From an uncultured Dehalococcoidia bacterium (GTDB taxonomy: Bacteria > Chloroflexota > Dehalococcoidia > GIF9 > UBA5629): DNA of 64,000 nt. Under the pieces are notes generated by a model. It did no database searches. It saw only the letters and a program-made list of their open reading frames with translations, and was not told where the DNA came from. How positions within the stretch are numbered: position 1 is the stretch's first letter; every line of letters starts with the position of its first letter. Location of the stretch: contig CAIYTC010000202.1 of assembly GCA_903929005.1 (NCBI GenBank), positions 3,080 to 67,079 on the forward strand. The letters are read 5' to 3'. Shown piece after piece: positions 59,070-64,000 of the stretch. Position numbers and translations under genes: made by a program.

Positions 59070-59692
59070 TTGATAACTCCCAACATTAATAACGCCAGCA
59101 GTCCCCAGGATAGCACGGCCAGCGCCAGCCAGGCAGCCTTGTTCCAGCGCAGTATCTTGACGCCGTCCAGCGGCGGGAAGGGTATCAGGTTGAAAGCCGC
59201 CAGCCAGAGGTTGACCTGGAACCCGAAATTGCCTACCATGCTCCAGATATCAGCATAACCTGTACCAATAGCCAGCAGGTAGAAGAGTCCCGCCAGCGCG
59301 ATATTGGTCAGCGGGCCGGCGGCCGAGATGAGCCCCTCCTCAGTGGGGTCGGGTGTCTTATACGTGGATGTGTAAACCGCGCCGGGGGCAAAGAAGAGGA
59401 ACCGCCCGAAGCTGAGCAGGGCGGAGGCCACGGCTATGGCCAGCCCCATCTTCCACATGCGGAACTCGGCATGGTAGCCGCAGCGCTGCGCCACTCCCTT
59501 GTGCGCCAGTTCATGGCAGACGAAGCCCGTGCCGATGCCTATCAGGGCCACGCCGAAATTAACCGCGAATTTTTCAAAGGATAGCAAATACGGGATGCCG
59601 CGGTTGGGAATCAGGTACTGCAGGGAGAAACAGAAACCCAGCGACATCCAGCAGATGGCCAGGTCGCGCAGCTCAATTTTACTGAAGCTCAT
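59066..59692 (-). CDS. M50-family (site-2-protease-like) membrane metalloprotease
   Basis: 'CHELAHK' HExxH and 'FNLIPFPPLDG' LDG motif. Confidence 0.65.
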   Translation of the reverse strand: MSFSKIELRDLAICWMSLGFCFSLQYLIPNRGIPYLLSFEKFAVNFGVALIGIGTGFVCHELAHKGVAQRCGYHAEFRMWKMGLAIAVASALLSFGRFLFFAPGAVYTSTYKTPDPTEEGLISAAGPLTNIALAGLFYLLAIGTGYADIWSMVGNFGFQVNLWLAAFNLIPFPPLDGVKILRWNKAAWLALAVLSWGLLALLMLGVIK

Positions 59693-60420
59693 AATTCCAG
59701 CGGCCTCAGGTGAATGAGGAACTCCCGGTTGCCCTCGGCGCCCAGTATGGGCGAGGCCGCCAGGTTGAGCAGGCTCAGGGCATGCTCATTCATCCATATT
59801 ACGAAATTGCTGATGGTTTTAGCGTGGATAGCCGGTTCCCTGATCACGCCTCCTTTGCCCACGTCCTGCTTAGCCGCCTCGAACTGCGGTTTGAAAAGTA
59901 TCAACATCCCGCCGCCCGCTTCAAGGTGGGGCAGCACGTTGGGTATAACACTGCTGACCGATATGAAGGAAAGGTCCAGGGTGGCCAGGCTGATCTTTTC
60001 CGGCAGGCCGAAGGGATAATGCGCGTTGACTTTCTCCATGACAGCCACCCGGCTGTCATGCCTCAACCTGTAATCGATTTGCCCGTAGCCGACATCGAGG
60101 GCATAAACCTTCTCAGCGCCGTGTTGCAGCAGGCAGTCGGTGAAGCCTCCCGTGGAAGCCCCCACGTCTATGCAGGCCAGGCCTTTGACCTCAATCCCGA
60201 ATTCCTGCAGTGCGTGAGCCAGCTTCAGCCCGCCGCGGCTTACGTAGGGCATCCTGGCCTTCATACGCACGTCCGCGTCTGCCGGCACCGCGTTGCCGGC
60301 CTTGGTCATCACACTGCCGTTTACGCTCACCTCGCCGGCCATGATGGCCGCCTGGGCTTTGATCTTGTTTTCAGCCAGACCCCTGTCGACCAGCAGACTA
60401 TCTAAACGTTGTTTAGGCAT
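59689..60420 (-). CDS. tlyA: TlyA-family rRNA 2'-O-methyltransferase (S4 + FtsJ domains)
   Basis: 'RLDSLLVDRGLAENKIKAQAAIMAGEVSVNG' S4 domain; 'CIDVGASTGGFTDCLLQHGA' SAM motif. Confidence 0.8.
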   Translation of the reverse strand: MPKQRLDSLLVDRGLAENKIKAQAAIMAGEVSVNGSVMTKAGNAVPADADVRMKARMPYVSRGGLKLAHALQEFGIEVKGLACIDVGASTGGFTDCLLQHGAEKVYALDVGYGQIDYRLRHDSRVAVMEKVNAHYPFGLPEKISLATLDLSFISVSSVIPNVLPHLEAGGGMLILFKPQFEAAKQDVGKGGVIREPAIHAKTISNFVIWMNEHALSLLNLAASPILGAEGNREFLIHLRPLEL

Positions 60421-60432
60421 AATGAAACCAAC

Positions 60433-60568
60433 GTGTCATTAGATTGCTTCGTCGCTGCGCTCCCTTTTACCTGTCATTGCGAGGCCGCCGCAGCGGCCGC
60501 GGCAATCTGACCGTTAGTGGCGTAATGCCTACAGATTGCTTCGTCGCCTTCGGCTCCTCGCAATGACA
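60433..60568. repeat. MITE-like repeat copy (extra half arm + full inverted pair)
   Basis: 'gtgtcattagattgcttcgtcgctgcgctccc'…'ctgtcattgcgaggccgccgcagcggccgcggcaatct'…'agattgcttcgtcgccttcggctcctcgcaatgaca'. Confidence 0.6.
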
Positions 60569-60576
60569 TTTTTGTG

Positions 60577-61497
60577 TTATTTCGGCTGCGGCGCCGGGGG
60601 CAACATGCCCCTGGCAACGCTCTTGGGCATCACGTCGGCCAGCTCCTTAACGGTCCAGACGCCGTCCTTGAAGATGCTCGTTACGATGGTTGGCTCAGAG
60701 TAAAGGCCGATCTCGCCGCCGCCCACGAAGAAGGTCTTGCCGTTGACCCCGGCCGCCGCGTCGGTAGCCAGGTAGACCACCAGCGGGGCGATGTGCTCGG
60801 GGGCCATCTTTTTCAGCTCGGCGCCGATATCCAGTCCCAACCCTCCGCCGCCTTCCCGTGCCTTCTTTTCCATGGCAGCCTGCAGCTCGGGCGTCACGGT
60901 CAGGCGCGTGGCCGCGATGGGCCGTATACAGTTGACGGTCACGCCGTATTTGCCCATGTCCAGCGCCACTGTGCGCGTGAAGCCTACGATGCCTTCCTTG
61001 GCGGCGCTGTAGTTGGCCTGCCCCAGGTTGCCCAGGCCGGCCTGCGAAGAGGTATTGATGATACGTCCGCTCCTCTGCTGGCGGAAGAAGGCGCACGCGT
61101 GGCGGGTACAGTAGAAATGGCCGTAGAGATGCACCTTCTGGATGATGTCCCACTCGTCCTCGGTCATATTGAAGACCATGCGGTCGCGCAGGATGCCGGC
61201 GTTATTGACCAGGACGTCAATTTTCCCGAAAGAATCCACCGCCGTCTTGATGATATTTTCAGCGCCTTTCCAGGTGGATACCGAATCGTAGTTGGCCACG
61301 GCCTGGCCCCCCAGCTTCTTTATCTCGGCCACCACTTCATCGGCCGGCACCGATGCCGCGCCTGCGCCGTCCGAGCCGCCGCCCAGGTCGTTGACCACCA
61401 ATTTGGCGCCCTCGGAGGCGAAGAGCAGCGCCTCGGCCCTGCCCAGTCCGCGCCCGGCGCCCGTTATAACTACAACCTTGCCATCGAGTAAACCCAT
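60577..61497 (-). CDS. MFE-2-type SDR (3-hydroxyacyl-CoA dehydrogenase-like)
   Basis: 'VVVITGAGRGLGRAEALLFASEGAKLVVNDLGG…ADEVVAEIKKLGGQAVANYDSV…FGKIDVLVNNAGILRD' matches the MFE-2/HSD17B4 dehydrogenase domain. Confidence 0.75.
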   Translation of the reverse strand: MGLLDGKVVVITGAGRGLGRAEALLFASEGAKLVVNDLGGGSDGAGAASVPADEVVAEIKKLGGQAVANYDSVSTWKGAENIIKTAVDSFGKIDVLVNNAGILRDRMVFNMTEDEWDIIQKVHLYGHFYCTRHACAFFRQQRSGRIINTSSQAGLGNLGQANYSAAKEGIVGFTRTVALDMGKYGVTVNCIRPIAATRLTVTPELQAAMEKKAREGGGGLGLDIGAELKKMAPEHIAPLVVYLATDAAAGVNGKTFFVGGGEIGLYSEPTIVTSIFKDGVWTVKELADVMPKSVARGMLPPAPQPK

Positions 61498-61589
61498 GCC
61501 TGTACCTCCTATTTAATTTTGCTGCATATCTTAACCCGTAGCGGGTATTCAGCGCAAGGCAATTGATATCTGCTTGTCCTCACAGCCGT

Positions 61590-62123
61590 TCAGCGCCCCC
61601 TGTCCCGCTCCAATTCAAGTAAACGGAGCTTGCGCCACAATCCTCCGCCGTAGCCTCCCGGCCCCCCGACGGCGGCGATAACGCGGTGGCAGGGGATAAT
61701 AATAGCTATGCGGTTGGAACCATTGGCCGCACCCACGGCCCTGGCCGCGCCCGGTTTCCCGACCGCCCGCGCCACTTCCCCGTAGCTCCTGGTGTGGCCG
61801 TAAGGTATATCCCGCAGGGCCTGCCACACTTTACACTGGAAATCAGTGCCCGGGTATGACAGGGGAAGACCGAAAGCAGTGCGCTTTCCGTCAAAATATT
61901 GCGCTAATTGATCCCGCAACACGGCAAAAAGCGCATGCTCGCCAGGCAAAAGGGGCATAAGAAAGAGCTCGCCGATGGTTTGCCTTTCCAACCTGCCGCG
62001 GTCATCAAATTCCAGCAGGCAGATGGCATCGCCGGTTGCACCCGCCAGCATATCGCCCAGCGGCGTATTAATCAAGGTCGTAATTATATGATCAGCGGCA
62101 ACAGCCCTGTCAGCGGGCATCAT
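61590..62123 (-). CDS. ogt: Methylated-DNA--protein-cysteine methyltransferase
   Basis: 'IPCHRVI' active site; 'YGEVA…G.P.AARAVG.A…N' HTH. Confidence 0.8.
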   Translation of the reverse strand: MMPADRAVAADHIITTLINTPLGDMLAGATGDAICLLEFDDRGRLERQTIGELFLMPLLPGEHALFAVLRDQLAQYFDGKRTAFGLPLSYPGTDFQCKVWQALRDIPYGHTRSYGEVARAVGKPGAARAVGAANGSNRIAIIIPCHRVIAAVGGPGGYGGGLWRKLRLLELERDRGR

Positions 62124-62143
62124 TGTCCCCCGTCCTGTATTAG

Positions 62144-63442
62144 TTACGATTCAGCCAGTATCGTCTCCTGCTTGACCTTCGCGGCGTCGGCCGGGTATGT
62201 CCGGGCGGCGATCAGGAAGAATATCCCTCCCAGTAAACTCATTACGGCTGACAGCATCACCGCTACGCCCAGGCCGTCGGCGCCGCCGCCCAGCAGATCG
62301 GAAATCCCGCCTACCACCCAGGTGCCCCAGGCGCCGCCGAACAGGTACTGGGCAAAGATTACCAGTCCCATGGCAAGGCCCTTGTGCGCCACCGGCACCA
62401 GTTCCTGCGATACGGTAGCGAAGGCCGGAATGGCCATTGCGACGGCGATGCCCCATAATGCGAGGAGCGCAAATCCCAGCGGGCTGAACCTGGCAGGGAT
62501 CGCTAAAACGATCAATACGCTGGCTGCCAGGTAGGCTACTGCCGGCACGTACATCCTGCCGCGCGGGCTCTTTTTATGCCAGAAATCGGATAAAAATCCA
62601 CCTAACGGCGCACCTAAAATAGCGGTCAGTCCAACCAAACCCACATATGTGCCGGCGCTGGCCTCCGATATATTCATAACCCGCATCATCAGGCTGGGCA
62701 TCCAGAAGAGCACCGCGGTGGACATGAACACCGATAGGCCCAGTGCCGGGTAAAACCACTTCATGGTCGGCGCCTTAAGCACATTGCCCATGGCCACGAA
62801 GAAGCCCTTGATACCGGCCGAGGCCCCCGTATCCTCCACAGTCTTGTAGTCCTTCATGAAAAAGGCCAGTACGCCCAGTATGATACCGGGAATGGCAAAG
62901 AAGTAGAAGGGGGTGCGCCAGCCGTACCTGGCCGAGAGGACACCGCCCAGCATGACGCCCAACAGTGCGCCCAGCGGTATGGCTATGTGGAAGATGCCCA
63001 CCACGCGTCCGCGCTTCTCCTTAGCGTAGGAGGCGCCCACCATAGCTATGCCACCCGGCACAAAGCCCGCTTCGCCCAGACCTACGAAAGCACGCGGAAT
63101 GAGTACGGTGATGAAATTGTTAGCGAAACCGGTCAGGAAGGTGAAGGCGCTCCACAGCATGGCCATCAGGCCCAGGGATTTCCTGCGGCTCCAGCGGTCC
63201 ACCATGTGCGCGACCGGGAACGAGAAGAGCGCCATGCCCAGCATGAACACGGTGAAAGCCAGTCCGCACTGGGCGTCGGTCAGTCCCAGTTCCATCTTCA
63301 TCGGCTGCAGGGTGACCGAGAACACCTGCCTGTCCATATAGTTTATGGCGTAAAGCAGTGTGCAGATGATGAGGACGTAATGCGCCCGCCATCCGCCTGT
63401 CTTGTACTCCTTCACATCGCCTGGGCCTTTCTCATTTGCCAT
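62144..63442 (-). CDS. MFS transporter
   Basis: 432 aa polytopic; 'MDRQVFSV…' MFS motif A region. Confidence 0.7.
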   Translation of the reverse strand: MANEKGPGDVKEYKTGGWRAHYVLIICTLLYAINYMDRQVFSVTLQPMKMELGLTDAQCGLAFTVFMLGMALFSFPVAHMVDRWSRRKSLGLMAMLWSAFTFLTGFANNFITVLIPRAFVGLGEAGFVPGGIAMVGASYAKEKRGRVVGIFHIAIPLGALLGVMLGGVLSARYGWRTPFYFFAIPGIILGVLAFFMKDYKTVEDTGASAGIKGFFVAMGNVLKAPTMKWFYPALGLSVFMSTAVLFWMPSLMMRVMNISEASAGTYVGLVGLTAILGAPLGGFLSDFWHKKSPRGRMYVPAVAYLAASVLIVLAIPARFSPLGFALLALWGIAVAMAIPAFATVSQELVPVAHKGLAMGLVIFAQYLFGGAWGTWVVGGISDLLGGGADGLGVAVMLSAVMSLLGGIFFLIAARTYPADAAKVKQETILAES

Positions 63443-63574
63443 AGCATTTACCTCCTTATATCCGCCGGGCGCTCTGCGTCGGCGGTTTTATGGCACTATA
63501 CTACAATGCCCGAAAGATGTAAAAGTTTATATTGTGCTACAATTTGCGCGGTATCAACCAAGAGGAGGCGGAAA

Positions 63575-64000
63575 TATGCTCACCTGCATCGCAATCTCAT
63601 CACTGGCAGCGCTGCTGCTCATCCTGATAGCTATCTTAGCTGTAAAAACCGCCGCGTTCAAATCGAAACAGTTAATTGTTGATTTTAAGGCTGAATATCC
63701 CGTCGATATGGATGCGGCGGCAGGGCGCCTCTCGGGCGCGGTACAGTGCCCGACGGTCTCCAACCTCGATGAGTCGCAGGTCGACTTTGAGCAGCTTGCC
63801 CGCTTCCGTGAATACCTGGCCTCATCCTTCCCTCTGGTCCATTCCTCGTTGGATAAGCAGGTCATCAATAAGCACGGACTGCTTTATTGCTGGAAGGGCA
63901 GCGACCCTGCTAAAAAACCCATCCTTCTGCTGGCGCACCAGGACGTGGTACCCGTTACAGAGGAAGGCTGGACCCATGCTCCTTTCTCCGGCGCTATCGC
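63575..64000 (+). CDS. M20-family metallopeptidase (carboxypeptidase/ArgE/DapE-like), N-terminal part; continues past the window end
   Basis: TM/signal 'LTCIAISSLAALLLILIAIL'; 'LLLAHQDVVPVTEEGWTHAPFSG' M20 metal-binding region; RBS GAGGAGG 5 nt upstream of ATG 63575. Confidence 0.55.

Noticed and set aside
60574-61491. 305-aa + ORF opposite the SDR gene
   Set aside because: Antisense shadow. The SDR matches MFE-2 motifs residue-by-residue.
1-64000. tRNA / rRNA genes
   Set aside because: No cloverleaf-compatible segments or rRNA-like conserved stretches were seen in any intergenic region.

Overview
High-GC (~60%) bacterial chromosomal window, densely coding, with no rRNA, tRNA or CRISPR arrays recognisable. 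I could not place it phylogenetically; Chloroflexota-like gene content is only a guess.

Content in order:
1. A carbohydrate-utilisation locus on the + strand (Fe-S protein, GH13, RpiB, ROK kinase, GH5, GH36-like, MFS).
2. A corrinoid-protein / MtaA-family methyltransferase pair with a GPH symporter.
3. Lipid-related membrane genes (PlsY-like, PAP2-like), a secreted D-aminoacylase, and CoA-transferase A/B.
4. Two tandem desulforedoxin-like mini-genes absent from the ORF track, then a VapBC pair.
5. An 808-aa tandem-domain family-III CoA-transferase, followed by a run of amidohydrolase, peptidase and membrane genes.
6. Acyl-CoA metabolism genes (nitroreductase, FAAH-like amidase, crotonase, Hbd, MFE-2-type SDR).
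7. A purF-purM-purH operon.
8. tlyA, ogt, an orphan beta-class DNA methyltransferase and several transporters.

The most interesting region is 36.7-44.4 kb. It is a seven-gene Ser/Thr phospho-signalling island on the - strand: ZnR-FHA, PP2C phosphatase, Hanks kinase, and three paralogous receptor-like FHA proteins (signal peptide, conserved extracellular module plus Ig-like domain, single TM segment, cytoplasmic FHA). It is divergently paired with an FHA-OmpR-type transcription factor, and the kinase itself has no sensor domain.

A second notable feature is a dispersed family of ~100-140 bp palindromic MITE-like repeats, with six copies in the window. One copy sits in-frame inside the CoA-transferase gene, flanked by a perfect 19-bp direct duplication.
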